Source: Candidatus Poribacteria bacterium
Lineage (GTDB): Bacteria; Poribacteria; WGA-4E; WGA-3G
Assembly: GCA_964291315.2 (NCBI GenBank)
Contig: OZ219753.1
Span: forward strand, 1,856,001 to 1,920,000
Length of the DNA stretch: 64,000 bases
Reading direction: 5' to 3'
Shown: positions 19,900-30,136 of the stretch, one piece after another
Position numbering within the stretch: the first letter of the stretch is position 1
Layout of the letters: each line of letters starts with the position of its first letter
The notes under the pieces: model-generated
Database searches by the model: none
Seen by the model: only the letters and a program-made list of their open reading frames with translations
What the model was told of the DNA's origin: nothing
Program-made: the position numbers and the translations under genes

Positions 19900-21408
19900 A
19901 TGCAAACAAACCCACATTTAAGCAAGCACAGCAAACTGACCGACGCACAGATGCAGGATTTTATTGTAAATGGCTATCTTATAGTAAAAACCGATCTGCC
20001 GCGTAGTTTCCATGAAACCATCTATCGCAAAACACAAGAATACACGGAAAAAGAAGGAAATTTAGGCAACAATATCTTGCCACGCGTCCCCGAATTACAA
20101 GCTGTTTTCGAGGAACCCGCTGTCCGTGGCGCATTCGCTAGTATTCTAGGCGAGAATTACGCAATGCACTCACATCGACACCCACATCGCAACAACCCAC
20201 ACAGCAGCGGACAAGGATTCCATAAAGATAGCTATTGGGGATATCAGAAGGTGAGACACCACTGCCCACGATGGGCAATGGCGTTCTACTACCCGCAAGA
20301 CTCGCCCCTCGAAATCGGACCCTCGGCAGTCTTACCGGGCACACAGTACTACAACACGCGGATCACTAAAGATAACGACGGAGAACTGGGAATCAGCGGC
20401 GAAGCCGGGACAATAATCATTATTCATTTTGATCTCTGGCACCGCGCAATGGCGAACCAGACCGACAAAACCCGCTATATGATGAAATTTCAGTTCATTC
20501 GGATGGACGCACCACAAGCACCCGAATGGAACGTAATGGATCCACACTGGAAGCTAGAAGGCACGAATACGGCAACGCCCGCGCATCAAGGAACATGGCG
20601 GCACGTCTGGAATTGGATGGCAGGAAAACCCAACGCCGGTTCTGCACATCCAGCTAACGGACACCTGACCAAACACATCACAGCCCTGAACGATAATAAC
20701 GCGGATGTCCGCTCCCACGCCGCTGACGAATTGGGTATCTGCGGTGAAACCGCTGCAGAATCGATTCCACACCTCATCCACACACTCTCTGATGTTTATG
20801 AACCCGTCCGCCTGAATGCCGCGTACGCACTCGGGGCAATCGGCGCACCAGCTGTCCCCGCACTGATTGAGACACTCAAGGTTGAAGACCAAATCGTGCG
20901 ACGAATGGCCGCATACGCATTAGCAGCAGTTGGCGCGCCAGCTGTCCCCGCATTGAGTGAACATTTACAACACACCGAGGCTGCCGTTCGCGTCGAGGCC
21001 ACTTATGCTTTAGCACAAATAGGCAGCGCAGCCGAGCCTGCTGTTCCAACATTGATCGAGGGCATGAAAGATGAAGTCGTTGAAGTTCGCCGCTATATCG
21101 CGGAAGCTTTTGGCAGTCTCGGACCAGCAGCAGCACCTGCTGTCCCTGTCCTATGCGATATACTAGCTAGTGATGATGACGGACAAGCCCGCTTCGAAGC
21201 CGCATTAGCATTAGCACAGATCGGACCCGCGGCAAGCGACGCTGTGCCAATCCTAACTCGCGCTCTGACCGACGAAAACCGTTATGTCCGAGATAACGCC
21301 GTCCTTGCACTCAAACGGATTGATACACCAGAAGCCGAGGCCGCCCTGTTTGATTACCTACTCCTAGCTCGATGGTGTCCGATCACAAATCGAGAAAGCA
21401 CATTCTAA
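19900..21408 (+). CDS. PhyH-like Fe(II)/2OG dioxygenase fused to HEAT (PBS-lyase) repeats
   Basis: FIVNGYL, FHKDS, VLPGT, DLWHRA, R.MMKF; C-terminal repeats VR..AAYAL..IG..AVPAL. Confidence 0.88.
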   Translation: MQTNPHLSKHSKLTDAQMQDFIVNGYLIVKTDLPRSFHETIYRKTQEYTEKEGNLGNNILPRVPELQAVFEEPAVRGAFASILGENYAMHSHRHPHRNNPHSSGQGFHKDSYWGYQKVRHHCPRWAMAFYYPQDSPLEIGPSAVLPGTQYYNTRITKDNDGELGISGEAGTIIIIHFDLWHRAMANQTDKTRYMMKFQFIRMDAPQAPEWNVMDPHWKLEGTNTATPAHQGTWRHVWNWMAGKPNAGSAHPANGHLTKHITALNDNNADVRSHAADELGICGETAAESIPHLIHTLSDVYEPVRLNAAYALGAIGAPAVPALIETLKVEDQIVRRMAAYALAAVGAPAVPALSEHLQHTEAAVRVEATYALAQIGSAAEPAVPTLIEGMKDEVVEVRRYIAEAFGSLGPAAAPAVPVLCDILASDDDGQARFEAALALAQIGPAASDAVPILTRALTDENRYVRDNAVLALKRIDTPEAEAALFDYLLLARWCPITNRESTF

Positions 21409-21813
21409 CAAACCTATATCCTCGTTCGAAATTTTCCAAAATCCACGGAGCCGCGGTTTATATATGAAGTAGCACCTAATTACTTATGCAAAGCGAAGAA
21501 GGTGCTGGATGCAAGCCGATCTTTCAGCACCCCCGGCTCCACCGGCTTACACGCCCATGTTTTCTAAGAGGTAGGCTACTCCCGAATTGACCGTGAATTG
21601 CCATTATTTACTTGACATAACTGATTAACCGCCCCGGGCCCAGACGACGCTAACTGATAGACGCACGCAGTCAAGTCAGAATTCGCAAACAGAAATAGGA
21701 ACCTATAGTCATTGTCAAAGACGGACAAATATACCGCCAACCGCACATGCACCCCTAATATCACCAGGGGCGGTTTTCCAATTTTGCGGTTTCTATAACA
21801 AAATTTAAATATT

Positions 21814-23418
21814 CTAAGGGTGCCGTTCACCCGCCTTCGGTTTAGCCTTAAAGGCGTTGGAATCCGGTCCAAAACGGATGTGGCGCCCCGCACCAGAGGC
21901 ATGCGCACGCCCGAAGAGCACACGTTTGATAAGCCAGAAAAGAACCGTCGTCCCTACCAGCACAACTATCCCCCAGATAGATGCCCGCCAAATCCAATCA
22001 TTGAACGAAAAAGCACGCCCTACCTGTTTTGGTACCAACTTTGGACCCACTGCCATCAGCGCGGTACACATAATCGCGTTGAGCGCAATCACCCCTTCTG
22101 TTACCAAGCGATGCGGACTGAAACCGACCAAAGCTCGTTCAAAGTTAAAGATAACCATCCACCATAGAAACACAAAGTAGAAAAGTTGCCCTTTTCCCAG
22201 CCAATTGGTTGGAATAAAAGCGAGCGGTTCTCGGAAATGTACTGTTAGAAGCCATACACAGACGATGCCGATGCCGATATAGAAAAGTTCAAACCATCCG
22301 ATCCATCCCCTTGAATGCCGAAACCAACCGACGACAGGCAGCCCGAAGAATCGTGCGGGTAAGTCTTCAACCCGATCCACCCACGTTCCCGCGCTCTTTC
22401 TATAATTGAGATACGTTAAAACAATAAGCAGGCAAAATACAGCGAATATCTCTACCCACTGTGGAAAATTCGGATCGGTCTCTAAGGCAGGCGTCCGATG
22501 TATCAGAAGACCAAACGTCACCGCAATTCCGAGCCCGAAAAGCAACCCTTGTGTCTGCTCCATAATACTATGCCAATTCGTTTGGAGCCCTGTCCGGATA
22601 CAGATGAGTTTCAATAGCTGTCCCAAAGAAAACGCAACGCCCCCGGCGAAACCGGTCATCAAGGTTGCAAAAGCCACACCGCCCAGCTCGTAACGCCAAC
22701 AGTACCCCAAAACTCCGATGACCATGCCCACACAGCCCGACCAGTTATCTCCGCGCGGTGGAGTCATGCGGAGCTTGAAAACGTTCACCAATAGCAAAAA
22801 CCCGCCGAACCAGCCGACACCCATATAGATAACAAGCGAGGTAGCCATATCTAAACGCCCGCGGACAAGCGCTACAATAAGCGCAGCTACTATCGCTACC
22901 AATGCTGCTATCCAGTCCGTATCATACCAATAGATCGGGCTCTCGTGCCGCTGCATCTGTTTTGGTACAAGAACTCGATCGATAATCACCGCTTGGAGAG
23001 ACCATCCCGTGAACACAGCGGCAATCGGGACAAAAAATAGGGATAACTGCGTATCCGTCAAAAACGCCGGCAGCGCAGTGCCCGCACCACCGAGAGCTGC
23101 CCACAAAAAACCGATAGCAAATAGGTTCGCGAACCCGTAAAAAACAGTCAGCGAGTGCGGAGAGTGACTATACCCCACGACCATCATGTACGACATACTG
23201 CCACCAAAAGACCACCCTATCGCACCGAACAACGCAAAGTAGTGGACATGCCGCCACCAATCCTCTCGTCCAGAGAGCAAAACGATTGCCATCGCTGCGA
23301 GCGCACCCGGAAGAGCCGCCCCGTATTCATGCCCAAAGTTACCACGTATCCCCCAACCGACGCACACAGACAAACCACATAGAATCACCATCTCCCACGG
23401 AATAAGTGCTGTATCCAT
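21814..23418 (-). CDS. Polytopic membrane protein of unknown function
   Basis: Many TM helices; GWGIRGNFGHEYGAALPG, GGSMSY motifs; GGAGG RBS. Confidence 0.8.
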   Translation of the reverse strand: MDTALIPWEMVILCGLSVCVGWGIRGNFGHEYGAALPGALAAMAIVLLSGREDWWRHVHYFALFGAIGWSFGGSMSYMMVVGYSHSPHSLTVFYGFANLFAIGFLWAALGGAGTALPAFLTDTQLSLFFVPIAAVFTGWSLQAVIIDRVLVPKQMQRHESPIYWYDTDWIAALVAIVAALIVALVRGRLDMATSLVIYMGVGWFGGFLLLVNVFKLRMTPPRGDNWSGCVGMVIGVLGYCWRYELGGVAFATLMTGFAGGVAFSLGQLLKLICIRTGLQTNWHSIMEQTQGLLFGLGIAVTFGLLIHRTPALETDPNFPQWVEIFAVFCLLIVLTYLNYRKSAGTWVDRVEDLPARFFGLPVVGWFRHSRGWIGWFELFYIGIGIVCVWLLTVHFREPLAFIPTNWLGKGQLFYFVFLWWMVIFNFERALVGFSPHRLVTEGVIALNAIMCTALMAVGPKLVPKQVGRAFSFNDWIWRASIWGIVVLVGTTVLFWLIKRVLFGRAHASGAGRHIRFGPDSNAFKAKPKAGERHP

Positions 23419-23641
23419 TCCATAACCTCCACTTTAATGCCGATTTTGTTGCTCTATTATGCAGGTTTTCAGATGTATTGTCAAATTCTCACTACATAAA
23501 CCCTCTTGTAGGATAGAATCCTAAAATCCGGACCTTCGATCCCTGATTAATACCACCTACCTAAAACTACGCATTGCACCTATTTCCTGTCCATGATACG
23601 ATAAAGGCATATAGAAGTGTTATCAACTGGAGGCAGAACCC

Positions 23642-24739
23642 ATGAGTCGTATACGGATAGGTGTTATCGGGTGTGGTGCAATCGCCCAGGTACATCATCT
23701 CCCGAATCTGACCGCACTCCATCGGGAATTTGAAGTGCCGATCGTTTGTGACATCTCCCACAAGGCTGCAAAAGCCGCCGCAAAACGATTCCACGTCCCA
23801 CGCTTCGTTAAGGATTACACCGAGCTGCTGCACACAGATGTGGATGCCGTTCTCTTATGCCACAGTGACCCAAAAACAGAAGTCGCACTCGCTGCATTTG
23901 CAGCTCGGAAGCATGTCTTTATCGAAAAACCAGTCTGTTTTTCCCTTCAAGAAATAGACGCAATGTTAACTGCACAACGTAAAACCGGGACCGTCGCACA
24001 AGCCGGTTATATGAAGGTGCACGACCCCGCTTTCCAAATCGCCAAGCGCGAAGTCGACAGAATGGAAAGTTACCGCTTCGTCCAGATTAACCATCTCCAT
24101 CCAAATAATAGTCTGCACCTGAGCCAATTTGACGTCGAACGGTTTAACGACATACCCCCTGAAGCATTTAAGACAACAGCGAAGGCACGAAATAGAGCAC
24201 GCTCACAAGCAATAGGCAACGTCTCACCAGAAGCCCAAAGAGCCTTCTTCTTACTCTCAGGCAGCCTGATCCATGACATCTATAGTCTACGAGTGATGCT
24301 CGGCTCACCAAGCGAGGTAATTAGCGCAGAGGTCTGGTCGGAAGGGCGCGCAATGAGCATCGTGTTCGCTTACCCGAACGGAGCACGTTGCGTCGCTACA
24401 TGGGTGGACCTGCCTGATCTCTGGGATTTTAGAGAGACACTGGAAATCTACGGCGACAACAAGCGCGTCATAGTATCTTATCCAACAGGTTTTTCACGGG
24501 GGATCTTGTCAGAGGTAACAATACACGGCATAGATACCGACGGCACAACATATACGAAAACACCCGCAGTTGAATGGGAGAGCCCGTTTGTGCGCGAGCT
24601 GCGCCACTTCCATGCATGCATTACCCAAAATGAGACATGTTATACCTCACTCGAATCTGCACGCAACGATATTGCCTTAATTATTGATATTGTGCGGTGT
24701 TATGTGCGGCAGGAGTCCGTTGTCTGCACATCAGCATAG
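23642..24739 (+). CDS. Gfo/Idh/MocA family oxidoreductase
   Basis: IGVIGCGAIA, HVFIEKP, IHDI. Confidence 0.9.
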   Translation: MSRIRIGVIGCGAIAQVHHLPNLTALHREFEVPIVCDISHKAAKAAAKRFHVPRFVKDYTELLHTDVDAVLLCHSDPKTEVALAAFAARKHVFIEKPVCFSLQEIDAMLTAQRKTGTVAQAGYMKVHDPAFQIAKREVDRMESYRFVQINHLHPNNSLHLSQFDVERFNDIPPEAFKTTAKARNRARSQAIGNVSPEAQRAFFLLSGSLIHDIYSLRVMLGSPSEVISAEVWSEGRAMSIVFAYPNGARCVATWVDLPDLWDFRETLEIYGDNKRVIVSYPTGFSRGILSEVTIHGIDTDGTTYTKTPAVEWESPFVRELRHFHACITQNETCYTSLESARNDIALIIDIVRCYVRQESVVCTSA

Positions 24740-24762
24740 TCTGTTGTCCACACACACTGAAA

Positions 24763-24788
24763 AAGGGCAGGTCCAATGACCTGCCCTT
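24763..24788. terminator. Hairpin between convergent genes
   Basis: AAGGGCAGGTC-CAAT-GACCTGCCCTT, perfect 11-bp stem. Confidence 0.7.
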
Positions 24789-24804
24789 GTAACTGGACCC
24801 GGAA

Positions 24805-26772
24805 TTACTCTTCTTCCACGGGTTCTGCGGGCTCCATCGGGGCCTCACCCATCCCTTCACCTTTTATCATGACTGTGGTAGCTTTAGAACCCGTCACAAT
24901 AAAACCGTTAAGAGTGAGTTCTACTTCAACCGGTTCAGGTTGTTCAAACTCTTCCAGATCCCCTAATTCGGGTGGTGGACCCGCCGGCATCTCGCCATCC
25001 TCCTCACCCTCTCCGGGGGGCAGATCTAATGGGAATCCTGAGAAGTCGCCAAAGCCTGCAGGCGATAGGGTTACCGTGATTAGACCCGGATCTACCTGGC
25101 CTTCTTTCATCTGTTTGATGAGGTCATCCAACGTTTGTGGAACCTTCCTTTCCTCTTCTCCATCAAAGTCCTCGAAACCAAATTCAAAATCTTGAACAGC
25201 ATCAGACAGAAATCCGCCCAATCCTCCGCTGAATTCGTTTCCAGAAACATTAATAGCGGCTTCACCAATCGGGAAATCCTCTGGAACCTCAAGTATAACC
25301 TCTCTCCGAATCGTTCGATCAGTCCCAGCAACGCTCCAATGCGGGACTAAGACGATGGAAACAGATGTACTCTCACCCGGTAAGATCTCCTCAGAGACGA
25401 TAACCTCGGCGATTTCCGCTTGGGCAATCTGTGGTTTGTCCGTGATAACAATTGACACCCCTTTCAATGTGGCCTTGCCCGCACTGTTTGCAAGTGTATC
25501 AGTGAAGGAATTGACAATCTGAGATACACTCGTCAACACGTCAGAAGAGGCATCCGTCGTCGTTTGCCGAAACGATTCCGTATAGACCGTATCGGTTTCA
25601 TGGAATTGCAGCGTGACCGTTGCTTCTATCGTACTATTGCTGGTCTCCATCCGAAGAGCAGCCAACGTAGTTCCAGCAACCGTCGAAATGAACAATTCCT
25701 GACCGTAAGCCACCTGATGATGTTTTTCTATCGGTGCTTCACTGTTCGCCGGATGGTAAGAGACCTTGACAGGAATCATGGAGGGCGGGGCACCCAATTC
25801 ACCGACAGTCCCAGGGAGAAGATCTTTTGTTAGCCTTCCAATGGGTTTACCATAAATTGAGACAGATTTGTTGGACGCCGCATAGCTCGGAACAATGCCA
25901 TTAACGACCGCTCTATATACCGGTAACGAGGATTTACCATTGCCGAAAAGTGAATGCCCAAACGCTAAAAATGTATCACCAGATACCTGAGTCACAGTTC
26001 CAAAGCCTGTTGCGTTGACAATATCCCCTGTTACTAAGGCGACACCAATCATATCCCCGGGGGCAAGATCCGATGAAGTTCCCGGTGGAGGAGCAGCTGC
26101 CACACCGTTAATATCAGCGAACAATTCAACGAAATGATAACGAGAATCAGCGAAATATGACGACAGCTCTTGAATTCTGTGCGGCTGTACACCCGTAATC
26201 ATCACAGGCGTTTTTACCGGGGCGTAAGTCGCACGGAGACCCGGAGCAGCAGGTATCGTTCCTTCCACAAGCAGATCCCCAAGCGTCTGGTGGTTTACCA
26301 TCGCCTCCATCGCATCGATGGATGTTACCCAAAATCGTGTCGGGGCCTTCGAAAAATTGCTACCATAAGCAAGCGCACCCATAATACGGCCAGGCGGACC
26401 CACAGGGCTACCTGACATGCCTCCGGCAATGCCGCCCATCGCTTCAACCGATTCATCCATCAGCTCACATTCGTAAAGTGGAAAGCCGAAGCCGAAATCT
26501 CTAACCCCACGGAACCGGGCCTCAAGCACGACCCTGCTCGTTCCCTCAAGCACGGTGACTATTTGAACGGGTGTTTTATCTACCAGTTTTCGGGCTTCAT
26601 CTTCATACATATTTTCTAAGACCACACCACCCAGTAGAGGCGCAGCGTTTAACCCTGTTATAAGTTCTTCCGCAACAGGATTTTCAATCTCTGTCTGTTC
26701 TTCGTCAGGAGAGCAGCTCCATTGGCAGAAAGTAACAATAGCAAGACCTGCCAACACAAAAAAGAATCTCAT
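24805..26772 (-). CDS. SpoIVB peptidase S55-domain lipoprotein
   Basis: GGIAGGMSGSPV, GALAYG, GTVT...FLAFGH; lipoprotein-like signal; acidic Pro-rich tail; ATG 26772 after GGAGG. Confidence 0.8.
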   Translation of the reverse strand: MRFFFVLAGLAIVTFCQWSCSPDEEQTEIENPVAEELITGLNAAPLLGGVVLENMYEDEARKLVDKTPVQIVTVLEGTSRVVLEARFRGVRDFGFGFPLYECELMDESVEAMGGIAGGMSGSPVGPPGRIMGALAYGSNFSKAPTRFWVTSIDAMEAMVNHQTLGDLLVEGTIPAAPGLRATYAPVKTPVMITGVQPHRIQELSSYFADSRYHFVELFADINGVAAAPPPGTSSDLAPGDMIGVALVTGDIVNATGFGTVTQVSGDTFLAFGHSLFGNGKSSLPVYRAVVNGIVPSYAASNKSVSIYGKPIGRLTKDLLPGTVGELGAPPSMIPVKVSYHPANSEAPIEKHHQVAYGQELFISTVAGTTLAALRMETSNSTIEATVTLQFHETDTVYTESFRQTTTDASSDVLTSVSQIVNSFTDTLANSAGKATLKGVSIVITDKPQIAQAEIAEVIVSEEILPGESTSVSIVLVPHWSVAGTDRTIRREVILEVPEDFPIGEAAINVSGNEFSGGLGGFLSDAVQDFEFGFEDFDGEEERKVPQTLDDLIKQMKEGQVDPGLITVTLSPAGFGDFSGFPLDLPPGEGEEDGEMPAGPPPELGDLEEFEQPEPVEVELTLNGFIVTGSKATTVMIKGEGMGEAPMEPAEPVEEE

Positions 26773-27205
26773 TGGTGTTCCTCCAGAATAGAGTTGCATT
26801 TATCTGTTTTGTTATTTGTTATAGCGTTGCGATTTACACAACTTTCATAATAGGTTGTTTTGTGAAGATGACGGCGCGTGAAACATGTAAAAAGATCCGC
26901 CCATCATATACCCAACGACGCTATCTATTAGAATTAGACAGGTTCCACAAAGTATCGAGATGCTTTGTGAATCGCTGTCTTGAATTTGGGAGAAGTAACC
27001 CTATCGCAAAAATAACAGTGTACGCCACAAAGTGGACACCGTTTTATTCTTATGTCAAACCCACATGAATTAATGCAGGTCAACACAAGTCTGCTTGCAA
27101 ACTTAAAAAAACATCTACACTATGATAACGCTATTCAAAATTAAAAGATTACATTCAAAAAAAAGATCAAAAAATCTCACTTACAACCTAAAGAAATTGC
27201 TGGAA

Positions 27206-27970
27206 TTACCATGCAACCCAACCGCCATCGACTGCGATTGTTTGTCCGGTCACCCAATTCGCTGCATCTGAGGCCAAGAACAACACCGCACCAACAACCT
27301 CGTCTACTTCACCGACGCGGCCCATCGGAATGCGCCGGATAACTTCTTCATAGAATTCTTTGCGTTGTAAAAGCACATCCGCGAGCGGAGTGCGTGTAAA
27401 CGCCGGCGCAACAGCATTCACTGTGACGTTATGTGGAGCCCATTCAACAGCGAGCCCTTTCGTCAGCAACACGACACCCCCTTTGCTACCCGAGTACGCA
27501 GTCCGTAGGGGCCCACCAACCAATCCCATCGTCGAGGAAATATTGATAATCTTGCCGCTTTCCCGCTCTATCATCGGTTTGACAAGCGTCTGTGTCAGAA
27601 AGAACAACCCTTTCAGATTAAGATCGTAGATTGCATCCCAATCTTCTTCAGTCAGTTCAAGTGCGGGTTTCGGGCGGTTCGTGCCAGCATTATTTACAAG
27701 GACATCCACTCTGCCCCATACATCAAGCGCTTCTCGTGCACCGTTAGCAATCTGCGCCATATCACTCACATCAAATACGACAGCCTCTGCCTCACCGCCG
27801 TTGCTACGAATCTCGCTGGCAACCTCCTCAAGATCAGAAGGCGTGCGGCTGTTCAAAATGACTTTTGCCCCCATCTGTGCAGCCGCTATCGCTATGCCTC
27901 TACCGATACCTTTTCCGGAACCGGTCACCAACATCACTCTCTCTTTCAACTCAAAACCTGGAAACGCCAT
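27206..27970 (-). CDS. SDR family oxidoreductase (gluconate/2-deoxygluconate dehydrogenase-like)
   Basis: TGSGKGIG, NNAG, YSGSK, VDGG. Confidence 0.92.
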   Translation of the reverse strand: MAFPGFELKERVMLVTGSGKGIGRGIAIAAAQMGAKVILNSRTPSDLEEVASEIRSNGGEAEAVVFDVSDMAQIANGAREALDVWGRVDVLVNNAGTNRPKPALELTEEDWDAIYDLNLKGLFFLTQTLVKPMIERESGKIINISSTMGLVGGPLRTAYSGSKGGVVLLTKGLAVEWAPHNVTVNAVAPAFTRTPLADVLLQRKEFYEEVIRRIPMGRVGEVDEVVGAVLFLASDAANWVTGQTIAVDGGWVAW

Positions 27971-27973
27971 ATT

Positions 27974-28807
27974 TTAACCTCCAATCGCTAATTTCAAGGT
28001 ATTTGCTAATAACATTGCTCGCGTCATCGGGCCCACTCCTCCTGGAACAGGCGTGATAAACCCCGCGACCTCTTTAACTTCCTCAAATTTGACATCCCCC
28101 ACAGCGCGCCCATTCATATGGTTGGTGCCGACATCAATCACTATAGCCCCCGGTTTCACCATATCCGCAGTGATGAACTCAGCACTGCCGATAGCCACAA
28201 TCAGTAAGTCCGCCTTTCGCGTCTGTTCCGCGAGGTCCGGCGTTCGGGAGTGACAATAGGTAACAGTGGCGTTACGGTTCAGGAGCATTAAACCCACCGG
28301 TTTTCCAACGAGGGGACTCCTGCCGACACACACTGCGTACTTGCCCTCAATTCTCTCACCACTCAGATCAATTAGACGGATAATCCCAGTCGGCGTGCAA
28401 GGGGTTACACCCTCACGGTTGAGGAGGAGATTCCCTAAATTGACAGGATTCAGACCGTCTGCGTCCTTAACGGGACTGATCCTATCAATCACAATTTCCT
28501 TATCAATGCCGTCTGGCAGCGGGAGTTGCACCAGGATCCCGTGGATATCCGATCGCGCATTCAAGCTTTCAATGTGTTGGATGAGTGTGCTTTGACTCAC
28601 ATCTGCCGGTAGACAATGGACTTCGGAATGAAAATGGACCCGCTCACAATCCCGTTGTTTGTATTTGATATAGAGCGTGGACGCCGGGTCCGCCCCTACT
28701 TGGACAACAGCGAGCCCAGGCGTGAATGTCAAGCTCTTTAACTTCCTCCGGATCTGACTCCGGATCTGCTTCGCAAGACGAGTGCCATTAAGGAGTACGG
28801 CTGACAA
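27974..28807 (-). CDS. folD: Bifunctional methylene-THF dehydrogenase/cyclohydrolase
   Basis: PGLAVVQVG, GILVQLPLP, KDADG, PCTPTG, GRSPLVGKP, TPVPGGVGPMT. Confidence 0.96.
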   Translation of the reverse strand: MSAVLLNGTRLAKQIRSQIRRKLKSLTFTPGLAVVQVGADPASTLYIKYKQRDCERVHFHSEVHCLPADVSQSTLIQHIESLNARSDIHGILVQLPLPDGIDKEIVIDRISPVKDADGLNPVNLGNLLLNREGVTPCTPTGIIRLIDLSGERIEGKYAVCVGRSPLVGKPVGLMLLNRNATVTYCHSRTPDLAEQTRKADLLIVAIGSAEFITADMVKPGAIVIDVGTNHMNGRAVGDVKFEEVKEVAGFITPVPGGVGPMTRAMLLANTLKLAIGG

Positions 28808-29182
28808 ATCCGTTTCCCTCCAGTTTATAGGTCTTTACTAAATTGACTGAATTGCAGCACAAAGTAATCCGACGGACCTTTATACATTCAATTCCACATT
28901 TCATATTAGCTATTATAGCATACTATCCATGCCCGATGCACAGGTTTTTCTCGATAAATAGCTCAATGAACCTACCCGAATACCATCTCTCATTTGGTCA
29001 ACAACCCCGCGCGTCGATGTGAAATGATGTCAATTTTTTAAAAATTACACGATTTTTAACCCATCTGTGCTACAATGCCCCATATCCATTTCGACACAAA
29101 TTGGGGTTTTAATTGTTCATTGATGCGTTCTGAAATAACATCTCCGCATCCCTTTTTTCAACAAAAAACCTAAGGAGTAAAA

Positions 29183-30022
29183 ATGAACAAAGAAATTTTT
29201 GTCGCTCAAGAATTCACACCTGCTAACAGTTTTACCTCTGGCATCGAGGGACCCGCTTGTGATGCAGACGGGAATCTATACGCAGTCAATTACGCCAAAC
29301 AACACACTGTCGGCAAAGTCACACCGAACGGTACCGCAACCGTTTTCCTCGAACTACCAACCGGTAGCATCGGCAACGGCATCCGTTTTAACAGCAAAGG
29401 TTTCATGTTCATCGCTGATTACACCAATCATAACGTTTTAAAAGTGGACATGGACACGCGAGAAATAAACGTCCATGCACACAAACCAACAATGAATCAA
29501 CCGAATGATCTTGCTATCGGGGCAAATGATACCCTCTATGCAAGTGATCCGAATTGGGCAGAATCAACAGGCCAAATCTGGCGAGTGGATACAGATGGAA
29601 CAGTAACGCTCTTGGAAACAGACATGGGGACTACAAACGGAATAGAGGTAAGCCCTGACGAAAAAACCCTATACGTCAATGAATCCGCACAACGCAACAT
29701 CTGGGCTTATGATCTGTCGCCTAACGGTGAAATTAGCAATAAACGCTTGCTAATTCAGTTCCCCGATTTCAATATGGATGGAATGCGATGCGATATTCAA
29801 GGAAACCTCTATGTCACTCGACACGGCAAAGGTACAGTAGCGAAACTCTCATCAACAGGCGAAGTGTTATTGGAAGTTGAGTTGATTGGTAAGCTCTGTT
29901 CGAATATCGCCTTCGGCGGCCCAGATGGATGCACCTGTTATGTCACAATGGCCGACCGAGGCAATGTAGAAATATTCCGCACCGATGTCCCAGGCAGAAG
30001 CTGGCAACTCTTCCAACGCTAA
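29183..30022 (+). CDS. SMP-30/gluconolactonase/LRE family protein
   Basis: EGP, PND, NGIEVSPDEKTLYV, DGMRCD..GNLYV, NIAFGGPD. Confidence 0.9.
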   Translation: MNKEIFVAQEFTPANSFTSGIEGPACDADGNLYAVNYAKQHTVGKVTPNGTATVFLELPTGSIGNGIRFNSKGFMFIADYTNHNVLKVDMDTREINVHAHKPTMNQPNDLAIGANDTLYASDPNWAESTGQIWRVDTDGTVTLLETDMGTTNGIEVSPDEKTLYVNESAQRNIWAYDLSPNGEISNKRLLIQFPDFNMDGMRCDIQGNLYVTRHGKGTVAKLSSTGEVLLEVELIGKLCSNIAFGGPDGCTCYVTMADRGNVEIFRTDVPGRSWQLFQR

Positions 30023-30075
30023 ACCCCATTGAAGGATTAACCGATAGATCACTGCCAACAGCTAAACAAACGTAC

Positions 30076-30104
30076 TTGACACCTGTTACAATTTGTGCTA
30101 CTAT
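30076..30104 (+). promoter_or_regulatory. Sigma-70 promoter with extended -10
   Basis: TTGACA (30076), 17 bp, TGc-TACTAT (30099-30104). Confidence 0.7.
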
Positions 30105-30136
30105 GTGCACATATAATTATCTACATGGAGGTAACC

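Noticed and set aside
4218-19900. CRISPR/MTase region as a tRNA-integrated island
   Set aside because: No integrase and no duplicated tRNA 3' end (att) found by eye downstream
21447-21548. SRP RNA, 6S RNA or a known riboswitch
   Set aside because: No SRP GGAA-loop motif or other recognisable family signature; lies between two 3' ends
26772-27068. 98-aa plus-strand ORF
   Set aside because: No RBS or motifs; lies in the upstream regulatory region of the S55 gene
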